From a virus: DNA of 64,000 bases. Below, one piece after another: positions 47,304 through 56,859 of this stretch. The translations under genes were made by a program, and so were the position numbers. The stretch is from IMG/VR virus record IMGVR_UViG_3300044641_002725. One strand, written 5' to 3'. The notes under the pieces are model-generated. The model did no database searches, was not told the DNA's origin, and worked only from the letters and a program-made list of their open reading frames with translations. Numbering within the stretch: position 1 is the stretch's first letter; the number at the start of each line of letters is the position of its first letter.

Positions 47304-47819
47304 ATGGCTACCCTAACGACAACACCAGTAAATAAAAGTTTTCTTTCTAATAACAAGTTTGATTTTGTTCTTAGACGAATTCCCAACTTCACATATTTTG
47401 TACAAGCTGTAAATCTACCAAGTATATCTTTACAGTCTACTACTGTTAACACACCATTTTCTGCATTAAGTGTGCCAGGAAATCAAATCAACTTTGGCAC
47501 ATTAGCTTTAACATTCATAGTTGATGAAGATATGCAGTCATGGTACGAATTATATAATTGGATATTCAAACTAGGCAATCCAAAAGGATTTGATAAAAGA
47601 GGCGGGCTAAAAGATAAAGATGAATTAATTGATAGCGTAACTTCTGACGCAACATTATTCATTAAGACAAACGCAAATAATCCAAATTTTAAAATTGATT
47701 TCTATGGAGTATATCCTACAGACTTAGGAGACATGCAGTTTTCATCTGTAGATAATCAAGACTTCATTACTTCTACGGCAACGTTTAATTATACTTACTA
47801 CGAAGCAACAAACATTTGA
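47304..47819 (+). CDS. gp3: Tail completion/tube terminator protein gp3
   Basis: NKSFLSNNKF...YFVQAVNLPSI, FIVDEDM...ELYNW, SDATL; CATAAATA at 47277-47284. Confidence 0.88.
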   Translation: MATLTTTPVNKSFLSNNKFDFVLRRIPNFTYFVQAVNLPSISLQSTTVNTPFSALSVPGNQINFGTLALTFIVDEDMQSWYELYNWIFKLGNPKGFDKRGGLKDKDELIDSVTSDATLFIKTNANNPNFKIDFYGVYPTDLGDMQFSSVDNQDFITSTATFNYTYYEATNI

Positions 47820-47844
47820 CATTTACCTTTAAATGTGTTATTAT
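47816..47844 (+). promoter_or_regulatory. sigma70-type promoter for uvsY-uvsW
   Basis: TTGACA-N17-TATTAT with an extended TG. Confidence 0.65.
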
Positions 47845-47876
47845 GATGAATACGAATATTGACTTGAGGAATTATT

Positions 47877-48314
47877 ATGACTTTAGACCAAATGATGGAA
47901 GAGTGGAGACTAGACGCTACAGTTGACTCCACAGAGTTAGGTATCGCATCTTTGAAGATACCAGAACTACACAGTAAATATCTCAAAATTTATTTTGACG
48001 AAAGACGCAAACTCAAAGCACTTGAGTTTCAAAGCAAAGATTTATCTTTGAAGAAGTATGAGTATTACAATGGAAAACTTTCACAAGAAGAACTTGACGA
48101 ACTCAATTGGGAGCCATTCGTTAAGCGTCTGATGAAGAATGAAGTTGATATGTACCTTGATTCTGATAAAGATATTATACACAACAATGTTCGCATAATC
48201 AATCAAAAAGAAAAGTTAGCGTTTCTGGAAGAAGTCCTTAAGAACGTCAACCAACGCAATTTTCAGATTAAGAATGCTATAGAATGGAAGAAGTTTACGC
48301 AAGGTGTACAATAA
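47877..48314 (+). CDS. uvsY: Recombination mediator UvsY
   Basis: SLKIPELHSKYL, KYEYYNGK, YLDSDKD, RNFQIKNAIEWKKF. Confidence 0.92.
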   Translation: MTLDQMMEEWRLDATVDSTELGIASLKIPELHSKYLKIYFDERRKLKALEFQSKDLSLKKYEYYNGKLSQEELDELNWEPFVKRLMKNEVDMYLDSDKDIIHNNVRIINQKEKLAFLEEVLKNVNQRNFQIKNAIEWKKFTQGVQ

Positions 48315-49764
48315 ACTCTATATCTCAAAAGTAGATGAAGTCTACGCACACATCAAGTGTGAGAATTCCGATGCAATGGAGTTAAATGAATACTTCACGT
48401 TCTACGTTCCCGGTTACAAATTCATGCCCGCATTTAGAAATAAAATATGGGATGGAAAGATACGACTATTCAATTCACAGAGTAGACAAATCTATTATGG
48501 TTTGATTCCATACTTAGAAAAGTTTGCTAAAGAACGTGAGTATGAAATTGAATTTGATGAATCAGTAGAAACGTATGATGAATTTTCTGTAGCAGAAGCA
48601 AAAGACTTCATTGATACTCTAGGCATACCATTTGAAGTTAGAGACTATCAAATAGATGCATTCATTCATGCTGTACGTAGCAGAAGAAATCTATTAGTAT
48701 CACCCACAGCATCAGGTAAGTCACTCATCATATATCTCATTGCGAGATATTTAAATTGCAAGACTCTTATCATTGTTCCCACTATCTCACTTGTCGCACA
48801 GCTATACAAAGACTTTGAGGACTATGGATTTGAGAGTGATAAATACATACACCAGATTATGTCAGGTGCAAGCAAACAAACTGATTGCCCCATTGTCATA
48901 TCTACATGGCAGTCAATTTACAAGATGCCAAAAGAATGGTTCGAAGAATTTGAATTAGTTGTTGGAGATGAAGCGCATTTGTTTAAGGCAAAGTCGTTGA
49001 TATCGATTCTAACAAAACTAACAGAGTGCAAGTATAGATTTGGTCTGACAGGTACACTAGATGGCACACAGACACATAGATTAGTATTAGAAGGTTTGTT
49101 CGGTAAAGTCAAACAGATAACAACAACAAAAGAATTGATTGACTCTGGACGATTAGCGAAGTTTAGAATTAAAGCGTTAGTGCTTAAGCATAACGAAGAA
49201 TCATGCAAGCTAGGTAAGAATTTTAAATATCAAGATGAAATAAATTATATTATAGGTAAGCCATCACGTAATAGATTCATTAGAAATTTGACTCTGAGTT
49301 TAGAAGGTAACACTCTTTTACTTTATCAATTTGTTGACAAACATGGCAGAATATTGTATAATATGATTAAAGACGCAGTAGAAGAAAATAGACCTGTATT
49401 CTTTATTCATGGTGCGGTTGGCGTAGATGAGCGAGAAGAAGTTCGTAGAATTACTGAGAATGAAGAAAATGCAGTCATCGTAGCATCATATGGAACATTT
49501 TCTACTGGTATTAATATTCGTAATTTACACAATGTTATTTTTGCTTCACCAAGCAAGAGTAAGATTAGAACACTACAGTCTATTGGTCGAGGATTGCGTT
49601 TGGGTGATAACAAGAAAGAAGCTATTCTATATGACATATCGGATGACATGACACACAAGAGTAGAAAGAATTTTACGTTAGAACATTTTATCGAAAGAAT
49701 GAAAATCTATAATGATGAAAAGTTTGAATATAAAATTTACACTTTAAACTTAAAGGAAGAATAA
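48304..49764 (+). CDS. uvsW: DNA helicase UvsW
   Basis: WDGKIRLF, SPTASGKS, GDEAH, GLTGT, STGINI, LQSIGRGLR. Confidence 0.96.
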   Translation: MYNKLYISKVDEVYAHIKCENSDAMELNEYFTFYVPGYKFMPAFRNKIWDGKIRLFNSQSRQIYYGLIPYLEKFAKEREYEIEFDESVETYDEFSVAEAKDFIDTLGIPFEVRDYQIDAFIHAVRSRRNLLVSPTASGKSLIIYLIARYLNCKTLIIVPTISLVAQLYKDFEDYGFESDKYIHQIMSGASKQTDCPIVISTWQSIYKMPKEWFEEFELVVGDEAHLFKAKSLISILTKLTECKYRFGLTGTLDGTQTHRLVLEGLFGKVKQITTTKELIDSGRLAKFRIKALVLKHNEESCKLGKNFKYQDEINYIIGKPSRNRFIRNLTLSLEGNTLLLYQFVDKHGRILYNMIKDAVEENRPVFFIHGAVGVDEREEVRRITENEENAVIVASYGTFSTGINIRNLHNVIFASPSKSKIRTLQSIGRGLRLGDNKKEAILYDISDDMTHKSRKNFTLEHFIERMKIYNDEKFEYKIYTLNLKEE

Positions 49765-50156
49765 TGCTTTGCAAATTATTAAAACTTGTAAACGGTGATA
49801 CTATTATTGGAAATGTTGTTGAAGAAGGTAGAAATTTCATTGAAGTTCATCGTCCTATGAAAGTTGTTCTTGTTCCTAAGATTTCTGATAGTCATATGTT
49901 TAGTTTATCTATGATGAAGTGGGATCCACTTAGTGATTTTGATTTGCCTGCTAGAATATTTAAACAGAGTATTGTTTCGGTGTCTGAAGCAACATCTGAG
50001 ATCGTAAGAGTATATGGTGAAACGTATAAAGAATTTGAATCTATTGAGAATAGTGAGATTGAAATTCAGTCAGACAGCAGAGTGTCTGAAATTAAAGAGG
50101 AGATTGAGAGACTGAGATCAGCAATGACTTCATCTAACAATCATATATTACATTAA
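49764..50156 (+). CDS. Conserved hypothetical protein between uvsW and gp55
   Basis: KLLKLVNGDTIIG N-terminus; conserved position in T4-like phages. Confidence 0.6.
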   Translation: MLCKLLKLVNGDTIIGNVVEEGRNFIEVHRPMKVVLVPKISDSHMFSLSMMKWDPLSDFDLPARIFKQSIVSVSEATSEIVRVYGETYKEFESIENSEIEIQSDSRVSEIKEEIERLRSAMTSSNNHILH

Positions 50157-50180
50157 GTCTTTATCAAACATCACACAGCA

Positions 50181-50209
50181 ATGATAACTCATTGTCAAGT
50201 GTTTGTCAA
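50181..50209 (-). promoter_or_regulatory. Antisense sigma70-type promoter upstream of gp55
   Basis: Minus strand TTGACA(50209-50204)-N17-TATCAT(50186-50181), second TTGACA in the spacer. Confidence 0.6.
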
Positions 50210-50225
50210 CCAATTGAGGTGAAAC

Positions 50226-50861
50226 ATGAGCATTACTACCACTACCGAAAAACCAACAAAAGTAAAACACTACGTAAACAATGAACATTTTTTAGAAAAG
50301 ATGGTTGTCTTTCGTGCGGCTGTTAAAGAGGCAGAAGCAACAAATGCAGAACGCCCAAGAGTACCAGAGTACATCGGTGAATGCTTGTTTAAGATTGCAA
50401 CGCACTTGGCACGTAAGCCAAACTTTGCAAACTATACATTCAAAGAAGATATGGTATCTGATGGTATCGAAAACTGTCTACTGTACATTGATAACTTTGA
50501 TCCTGAGAAGTCTAAAAATCCATTTGCATACTTTACCCAAATCATTTACTATGCATTCTTGCGAAGAATTCAAAAAGAGAAAAAACATTTGTACATCAAG
50601 TACAAGAGCATGGACAATCTTATCATCACCTCTCTCATTGAGAACAACGGCGAAGAATATGTCTCTTCAAGTCTAAACGGCGTGATGCATGATTCATATA
50701 GTGAAGAATTCATTAGTGACTTTATCAAAGCATTCGAAGTGAATAAAGATAAAAAGATTGCCAGTGCAAAGCCTAGAAAGAAAAAGGTTACCGGCAATAC
50801 TGTGTTTGATGAATTTATGGAGAACAATAGTGCAGACACAAATACCAGTCCATCTTCTTGA
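50226..50861 (+). CDS. gp55: Late transcription sigma factor
   Basis: HYVNN, YIGECLFKIA, NFANYTFKEDMVSDGIENC, NPFAYFTQIIYYAFLRRI. Confidence 0.96.
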   Translation: MSITTTTEKPTKVKHYVNNEHFLEKMVVFRAAVKEAEATNAERPRVPEYIGECLFKIATHLARKPNFANYTFKEDMVSDGIENCLLYIDNFDPEKSKNPFAYFTQIIYYAFLRRIQKEKKHLYIKYKSMDNLIITSLIENNGEEYVSSSLNGVMHDSYSEEFISDFIKAFEVNKDKKIASAKPRKKKVTGNTVFDEFMENNSADTNTSPSS

Positions 50862-50862
50862 T

Positions 50863-50891
50863 TTGCATTTGACTGCAATTTGTGTTATACT
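50863..50891 (+). promoter_or_regulatory. sigma70-type promoter for gp47 operon
   Basis: TTGCAT-N17-TATACT with an extended TG. Confidence 0.6.
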
Positions 50892-50926
50892 TGATAAGTC
50901 TTTAGGTACAATAGGTCAATAAAAGT

Positions 50927-52003
50927 ATGAGAATATGTCTATTAGGTGATACGCACTTTGGTGTTAGAAATGACTCGAAAGCGTTTCACGCTTACTATGA
51001 AAAATTTTATGATGAAATATTCTTTCCACAATTAGCAGAGCGTGGTGTAAGAACAATCATTCAGCTTGGTGATTTATTTGATAGACGTAAGTACATCAAC
51101 TTTCATTCACTAATGGAAAGTCGTAGATACTTCTTTGACAAATGCGTTGAATCGGGCATCACACTTCATGCATTGATTGGTAATCACGATATCTTTTGGA
51201 AAGAAAGTCTCGAAGTTAATTCACCAGACTTGCTGTTGCGTGACTATCATAACGTTCGTTTATGGCAAAATCATGGCACGTTAGAAGTCGATGGAATTAA
51301 AATCGATATGGTACCGTGGATATGCAAAAGCAATGAAGCAGAAACATTTGACTTCATTAAGAACAGCACATCTTCATTGTGCATGGGTCACTTTGAACTT
51401 TCTGGCTTTCCATTGTCCAGAGGTGTAGATAGCCATGACGGGATTGACTATAAGTTCTTAAGCAACTATAATAGAGTGTTCAGCGGACATTACCATACGT
51501 TCTCCGAACATGATAGCATCACGTATGTTGGAACTCCATACGAACTCTTTTGGTCAGACTATCAAGATCAAAAGAAATTTGCTATCTTAGATACTGATAG
51601 TATGAAAGTTGAATATGTAAACAATCCTAATAAGATGTTTCATAAAGTACATTATGATGATAACAGTATAAAAATTGAAGACTTGAAGGCGATGGATTTT
51701 TCTAAGTATGCAAATGCTTATGTGAAAGTTGTTGTTGTCAATAAACAAGACCCATACTTATTTGAAAAACTAGTTGATGAAATATATAAAGTAAGTCCAG
51801 TCGATGTTACGATTGTCGAAGACTTTACAGAATTTAATGAGACAGAAGAAGATGAAGACATTGTTAATCAAGCAGAAGACACTATGTCAATTCTATCTAA
51901 ATTCATTGATGCACAAAGTTTGAGTATCAATGATCCAAATAAACTTAAAACATTGATGCGTGAACTTTATGTTGAAGCATTGTCAACGGAAAATATAGAA
52001 TGA
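50927..52003 (+). CDS. gp47: Recombination endonuclease subunit (Mre11/SbcD-like)
   Basis: GDTHFG, LGDLFDRR, GNHD, GHFE, SGHYH phosphoesterase motifs. Confidence 0.95.
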   Translation: MRICLLGDTHFGVRNDSKAFHAYYEKFYDEIFFPQLAERGVRTIIQLGDLFDRRKYINFHSLMESRRYFFDKCVESGITLHALIGNHDIFWKESLEVNSPDLLLRDYHNVRLWQNHGTLEVDGIKIDMVPWICKSNEAETFDFIKNSTSSLCMGHFELSGFPLSRGVDSHDGIDYKFLSNYNRVFSGHYHTFSEHDSITYVGTPYELFWSDYQDQKKFAILDTDSMKVEYVNNPNKMFHKVHYDDNSIKIEDLKAMDFSKYANAYVKVVVVNKQDPYLFEKLVDEIYKVSPVDVTIVEDFTEFNETEEDEDIVNQAEDTMSILSKFIDAQSLSINDPNKLKTLMRELYVEALSTENIE

Positions 52004-52614
52004 GTACATATAAATGTATTAGTAATGATACGCAATCACGAAAATTATTGATTCCATGGATGGTTTTAAAACCAGCGTTTAGTCCAGCCGAATTGACAAC
52101 TATCGAAAATCATTGTAAATCAATATCTTTAACTGCCGGCGAAAGTTTCTTCAGCGAAGAAACTGAACCAAAGTCTCGCACATCAAATATAGGATTTCAC
52201 TTTTCAGATGACCCAAAGTTGAAATTTGTATTTGAAAAATTTAATAGCGTATTTGAATATGTGAATTCGATGTTTTATAATTTTGATATAAATGGATATG
52301 ATTATTTTCAGTATGCAGAATATGACGCTAAAGAATCAGGCCAATATAATTGGCATACAGATTTAAGTTTTGGCGAACATTCCAAAGATGTATACACAAC
52401 TAGAAAATTATCAATGAGTATGCTTTTAAATACTCCAGGAGTAGATTTTGAAGGTGGAGACTTTTCAACATTTCTTTCTAAAGAACAAAATATTCCATTA
52501 AAAAAAGGTGAAATACTTATATTCCCATCATTCATTGTTCATAGCGTTAAACCAGTAACTAAAGGAATTAGAAAGTCGTTGGTCATTTGGGTTACTGGAC
52601 CAAAATTTAAATAA
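52000..52614 (+). CDS. 2OG-Fe(II) oxygenase (prolyl-hydroxylase/PKHD-like)
   Basis: WHTD (HxD), RKLS, FEGGD, FPSF.VH.VKPVTKGIRKSLVIW. Confidence 0.9.
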   Translation: MSTYKCISNDTQSRKLLIPWMVLKPAFSPAELTTIENHCKSISLTAGESFFSEETEPKSRTSNIGFHFSDDPKLKFVFEKFNSVFEYVNSMFYNFDINGYDYFQYAEYDAKESGQYNWHTDLSFGEHSKDVYTTRKLSMSMLLNTPGVDFEGGDFSTFLSKEQNIPLKKGEILIFPSFIVHSVKPVTKGIRKSLVIWVTGPKFK

Positions 52615-52617
52615 TAT

Positions 52618-54330
52618 ATGATAATTTTTCGTAATTTACGTTGGAAGAACTTCCTAAGCACTGGCAACTTTTTTACTGAACTTAAGTTAGACAACGACAA
52701 CACCACATTGATTGTTGGCTCTAATGGTTCAGGCAAATCAACTATGCTTGATGCATTGACGTTCGTACTATTTGGTAAACCATTTCGTAATATCAACAAG
52801 GGTCAACTTGTAAATACTATCAATGGTAAAGATGCAGTTGTTGAAATTGAATTTGACACAGGCAACAAATCATACAAGATTGTACGTGGCATCAAACCGA
52901 ATATCTTTGAGATTTACTGCAACGGACACTTAGTCAATCAAGATGCCGCAGTCAGAGACTATCAAGAACATCTAGAGAAATTCATTCTCAAACTCAATTA
53001 CAAATCGTTTACTCAAATTGTTGTTTTGGGTTCAGCGTCATTTACTCCATTCATGCAGTTGTCTGCAAGTGATAGACGTTCTATCATTGAAGACTTGTTG
53101 GACATTCAAATCTTTTCACGCATGAATGGTGTGTTAAAAGATAAATTTCTTTTGTTGAAAGAAAAACACTCTCAGACAAAGTATGCAGTAGACTTGAAGA
53201 GTGAAAAGATTCAATATCAAATTCAATTCATTGATTCTTTGAAAAAGAGCAATCAAGCACAAATTTCATCTAAGCAACAAGACATTGCAAACACACAATA
53301 TCTAGTTACTGAAAGCGAAAACAAGTGTACAACGATACAACAGAATTTGTCTGATTTGTGTGTACAGATTTCAGACAAAGATAAAGTTGATGGTAAGATG
53401 ACAAAGTTTTCTGCTATCAAATTAAATCTGAACAAGACTCTTAAGAAAGTCAATACTGACATTTCATTCTATCACGACAACAATGATTGCCCGACATGTA
53501 AGCAGGCGATTAATGAAGAGTACAAAGCACACATTCTTGAAGAAAGAAATAAAAAGATTGAAGAAGTAAACGATGCGTTGAAAAAAGTCGATGAAGAACT
53601 CAATCTACTGAATACCCGATATGAAGGCATTCAAATCTTTGTTGAAGAAATTCAAGCACAGAATTCTCAGTTGACATTCGAACAAAGCGAAATCAAAGCT
53701 AATCTTAGATACATTGAAAGCCTTAAGAAAGAAATCGAAAAACTGTCTCATGTCAAAGATGACTTGCAGACTGAAGAAATCAAACTAACGACACTACATC
53801 AGGAACTTGCTGAGTTAGAATCTGAAATCAAAGAACTCTCAGAAGAACGTCTGTATTACGAAGTTGCAATATCATTGTTGAAAGACACAGGTATCAAAAC
53901 GAAAATCATTCGGCAATACATACCAGTAATCAACAAGCTAGTCAACAAGTATCTTGCGGCATTAGAGTTTTTTGTGAACTTCAATCTTGATGAGTCTTTC
54001 AAAGAAACAATTAAGTCTAGACACAGAGATGACTTCACGTATGCATCATTCAGCGAAGGCGAAAAGCAACGTATTGATATGGCATTGATGTTGACATGGA
54101 GAGCAGTTGCCAAACTGAAGAACAGCGCCAGCACAAACATATTGATACTTGATGAAATCTTTGATTCATCATTAGACACAAATGGTACAGAAGACTTAAT
54201 GAAAATCCTAAATATGCTTGAGGGCTCCAATCTGTTTGTCATATCGCACAAGGGCGATGTTCTACAAGACAAGTTTGCCAATGTGATTAAATTTGAAAAA
54301 GTAAATAACTTCTCAAGGGTCGCAAAATGA
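52618..54330 (+). CDS. gp46: Recombination endonuclease subunit (Rad50/SbcC-like)
   Basis: GSNGSGKST, CPTC zinc hook, FSEGEK signature, LILDEIFD, ISH. Confidence 0.96.
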   Translation: MIIFRNLRWKNFLSTGNFFTELKLDNDNTTLIVGSNGSGKSTMLDALTFVLFGKPFRNINKGQLVNTINGKDAVVEIEFDTGNKSYKIVRGIKPNIFEIYCNGHLVNQDAAVRDYQEHLEKFILKLNYKSFTQIVVLGSASFTPFMQLSASDRRSIIEDLLDIQIFSRMNGVLKDKFLLLKEKHSQTKYAVDLKSEKIQYQIQFIDSLKKSNQAQISSKQQDIANTQYLVTESENKCTTIQQNLSDLCVQISDKDKVDGKMTKFSAIKLNLNKTLKKVNTDISFYHDNNDCPTCKQAINEEYKAHILEERNKKIEEVNDALKKVDEELNLLNTRYEGIQIFVEEIQAQNSQLTFEQSEIKANLRYIESLKKEIEKLSHVKDDLQTEEIKLTTLHQELAELESEIKELSEERLYYEVAISLLKDTGIKTKIIRQYIPVINKLVNKYLAALEFFVNFNLDESFKETIKSRHRDDFTYASFSEGEKQRIDMALMLTWRAVAKLKNSASTNILILDEIFDSSLDTNGTEDLMKILNMLEGSNLFVISHKGDVLQDKFANVIKFEKVNNFSRVAK

Positions 54331-54515
54331 AAATATTAAATCAATATTTTGGACAAGATTTAGATAGACTATCAGAAATATTCTTTGATGAAAATTTCTA
54401 TAAAGTAAGAGCAAGAAATGAATTTGGCACATATTTTGTTGCATTTTTTGAGAGACTAGATGATGCAGAAAATTTTGCAGAGAATTACGTATTAGGAGAA
54501 ACCCATGAACCTTGA
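54327..54515 (+). CDS. Hypothetical protein
   Basis: 62-aa ORF overlapping both neighbours; AENFAENYVL tail. Confidence 0.55.
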   Translation: MKILNQYFGQDLDRLSEIFFDENFYKVRARNEFGTYFVAFFERLDDAENFAENYVLGETHEP

Positions 54516-55011
54516 ATTTGTTCCAGAAACATCACCAATTCTTTTGCAAGAATGTAAAGTGTTTGATTTTGATAATCCACCATTTGACCCTAAAGAGTTT
54601 GCACAAGCATTGCACAATAAGATGGTCAAGAGCGATGGGCTTGGATTGTCAGCAAATCAAGTCGGACAGCCATATCGTGTTTTTGTTATGAGAACTGGAG
54701 ATGAGCCATATGCAATATTCAATCCAAAAGTTGTTGATGTATCAGATAAAGAACTTTCAATGAAAGAAGGTTGTCTAAGTTTTCCTCTGTTATATTTAAG
54801 TGTCAAACGTCCAGACTCTGTACGAATTCGTTTTCAAGATGAGAGTGGCGAAACAAGAACTGAAAAGTTTATTGGCATGACTGCACGAATTGCATTGCAT
54901 GAATTTGACCATATGCTTGGAAAAGTGTATACTCAAAAGGCTTCACAATATGAAACACAAAGAGCATTGCGTAAACGTACAATATTAAAGCGTAAGGTGA
55001 AAAAAATCTAA
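54505..55011 (+). CDS. def: Peptide deformylase
   Basis: GLGLSANQVG, EGCLS, HEFDH motifs. Confidence 0.95.
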   Translation: MNLEFVPETSPILLQECKVFDFDNPPFDPKEFAQALHNKMVKSDGLGLSANQVGQPYRVFVMRTGDEPYAIFNPKVVDVSDKELSMKEGCLSFPLLYLSVKRPDSVRIRFQDESGETRTEKFIGMTARIALHEFDHMLGKVYTQKASQYETQRALRKRTILKRKVKKI

Positions 55012-55028
55012 TATAAAAGGAGTCGGAC

Positions 55029-55280
55029 ATGAGTAACGAAGAAGATAAATTTAAAAAATCTAAGCGAATCCTTAAAGACAAAAATGCAATACGAAAGCAA
55101 ATGAAAATTGCTAAAGCATATAATATACCAGTTGAGTCACCACACCAATTAGCTAAACATCATGTACTAGATTGTGGAAATCCAAATTGTGTGATGTGTG
55201 CAAATCCTAGAAAAGTATGGAAAGAAAAAACGATCCAAGAGAAACGTTTTGAACAAACTGAAAAATTTGATAATGATTAA
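55029..55280 (+). CDS. Hypothetical basic protein with CGNPNCVMC motif
   Basis: AGGAG Shine-Dalgarno; possible Zn-binding His/Cys cluster. Confidence 0.6.
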   Translation: MSNEEDKFKKSKRILKDKNAIRKQMKIAKAYNIPVESPHQLAKHHVLDCGNPNCVMCANPRKVWKEKTIQEKRFEQTEKFDND

Positions 55281-55707
55281 AGAGAAATATCTTGGCGCAT
55301 ACATGAAGACTGCAAGAGTCTTTGCTGAATTGAGTACTTCAAAACGCAAACAAGTTGGTGCTGTTATTGTTAAAGATGATAGAATTATTTCAATCGGTTA
55401 CAATGGTATGCCAAGTGGATGGGACAATGATTGTGAAGTTATTACCCATACAGATTTTACTGGCACTATAGTGACAAAAACAAAACCCGAAGTTCTTCAT
55501 GCAGAATCAAATGCAATTGCCAAACTAGCAAAGTCTACCGAGAGTGGTGATGGTGCAAGTATGTTCATCACTTGCTCTCCATGCATAGAATGTGCTAAAA
55601 TGATATTTCAAAGCGGGATCAAAGAAGTATTTTATGGCGAAGATTACCGTGATGATCGTGGTATTATTTTCCTAAATAAATGCGGTATAACAGTAAAACA
55701 AATATGA
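55273..55707 (+). CDS. cd: dCMP deaminase
   Basis: VGAVIV, IGYNGMPSG, HAESNAI, SPCIECAK; ATG 55273 preferred. Confidence 0.92.
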   Translation: MIKEKYLGAYMKTARVFAELSTSKRKQVGAVIVKDDRIISIGYNGMPSGWDNDCEVITHTDFTGTIVTKTKPEVLHAESNAIAKLAKSTESGDGASMFITCSPCIECAKMIFQSGIKEVFYGEDYRDDRGIIFLNKCGITVKQI

Positions 55708-56081
55708 GTGTAGATACAATGAACAAACCAAAAATTGAAGAATCATCTCAATATCAAAATTTGATTGGCGAGAAAAAAGTGGCTGATAAACCTCTTTCTC
55801 TTTTAGACCACATGAATCTAGATGAAGATGAGAAAGAGAAGTATTCTGACCAAGGTGAAAAAGAATGGAAGAAACTTTGGAAAGGTATGCCTGAGTTTGA
55901 ACAAGAAGATAATCCGACATACAAAACACTATATGTGCATTTCAGAACTGAATCGGATTACAAAGATTTTGCTAAATTAGTCAATCAAAATCTTTCAAAC
56001 AAGACAAAGAGTATCTGGCATCCAGCACTTGATAGAACACAAAACTCTCTTCTTAGATGGGTAGTCGATGATTCAGAATGA
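55704..56081 (+). CDS. Small protein of the type found next to TET-associated glycosyltransferases
   Basis: WKGMPEFEQED...VHFRTESDYKDFAKLVNQ...KTKSIWHP; ATGA-coupled to cd. Confidence 0.55.
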   Translation: MSVDTMNKPKIEESSQYQNLIGEKKVADKPLSLLDHMNLDEDEKEKYSDQGEKEWKKLWKGMPEFEQEDNPTYKTLYVHFRTESDYKDFAKLVNQNLSNKTKSIWHPALDRTQNSLLRWVVDDSE

Positions 56082-56859
56082 ATTCTTAAACGAAAAGCCG
56101 TTGATTCTTTTCGATAAATTTTTAAACGATTATGGAAATATTTTTGATATTGACCATAACGAAGCTAAAAAGATGTTGAGAGATGATTCTCTTTTTCGTA
56201 GACTGACTTCTGAGTGGTATGAAAAACTAGATCAGAACAATTTAGATGATGCATTTAAAGTGTATGATGATGATTACTATTTTGTAGATATTTTCAATTG
56301 CTATAGAACATACAGTAGAAGTTACATTAAACGATTGCTAAAGCCATCAATGGCAAATGGTGAATCTGTTTATGATTTACTTAAAAATTCTGCATCGTTT
56401 GTTGACATTGGCTGTGGAATCAGTTATAGTACATGTGCGATAAAAACTCTTTTGCCTAACGCAAAAGCATATGGCATCAATTTGAAAAACACTAAGCAAT
56501 GGAAGTTATGTGAAGTCATGGCAAAGAAACATGATTTCAATCTGATTGAAAGTGTACATGAGATAGACCACAATGTAGATTTTGTTTTTGCATCTGAATA
56601 CTTTGAACACATTCATAACCCGACTCAGCATGTAAAAGAAATCATTGATGCAATATCGCCAAAGTATTTTATTATTGCGAATGCATTTAACACACATTCG
56701 ATTGGTCACTTCAAGACGTATGAATACGAAAACAAAATTGTAGATCAATCAAAAATTTCTGCTATATTTAATAAGTTCTTAGTTGAAAATGGATATGAAA
56801 AAGTGTTATGCAAAATGTGGAATAACAAACCAACAATATGGAGAAGAGTGAATGCATAA
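56068..56859 (+). CDS. Class I SAM-dependent methyltransferase
   Basis: FVDIGCG motif I and FVFASEYFEHI. Confidence 0.75.
   Translation: MIQNEFLNEKPLILFDKFLNDYGNIFDIDHNEAKKMLRDDSLFRRLTSEWYEKLDQNNLDDAFKVYDDDYYFVDIFNCYRTYSRSYIKRLLKPSMANGESVYDLLKNSASFVDIGCGISYSTCAIKTLLPNAKAYGINLKNTKQWKLCEVMAKKHDFNLIESVHEIDHNVDFVFASEYFEHIHNPTQHVKEIIDAISPKYFIIANAFNTHSIGHFKTYEYENKIVDQSKISAIFNKFLVENGYEKVLCKMWNNKPTIWRRVNA

Noticed and set aside
55672-55678. CTAAATA as a late promoter for the glycosyltransferase cluster
   Set aside because: It is a variant box inside a coding region of an AT-rich genome, too likely to occur by chance to call.
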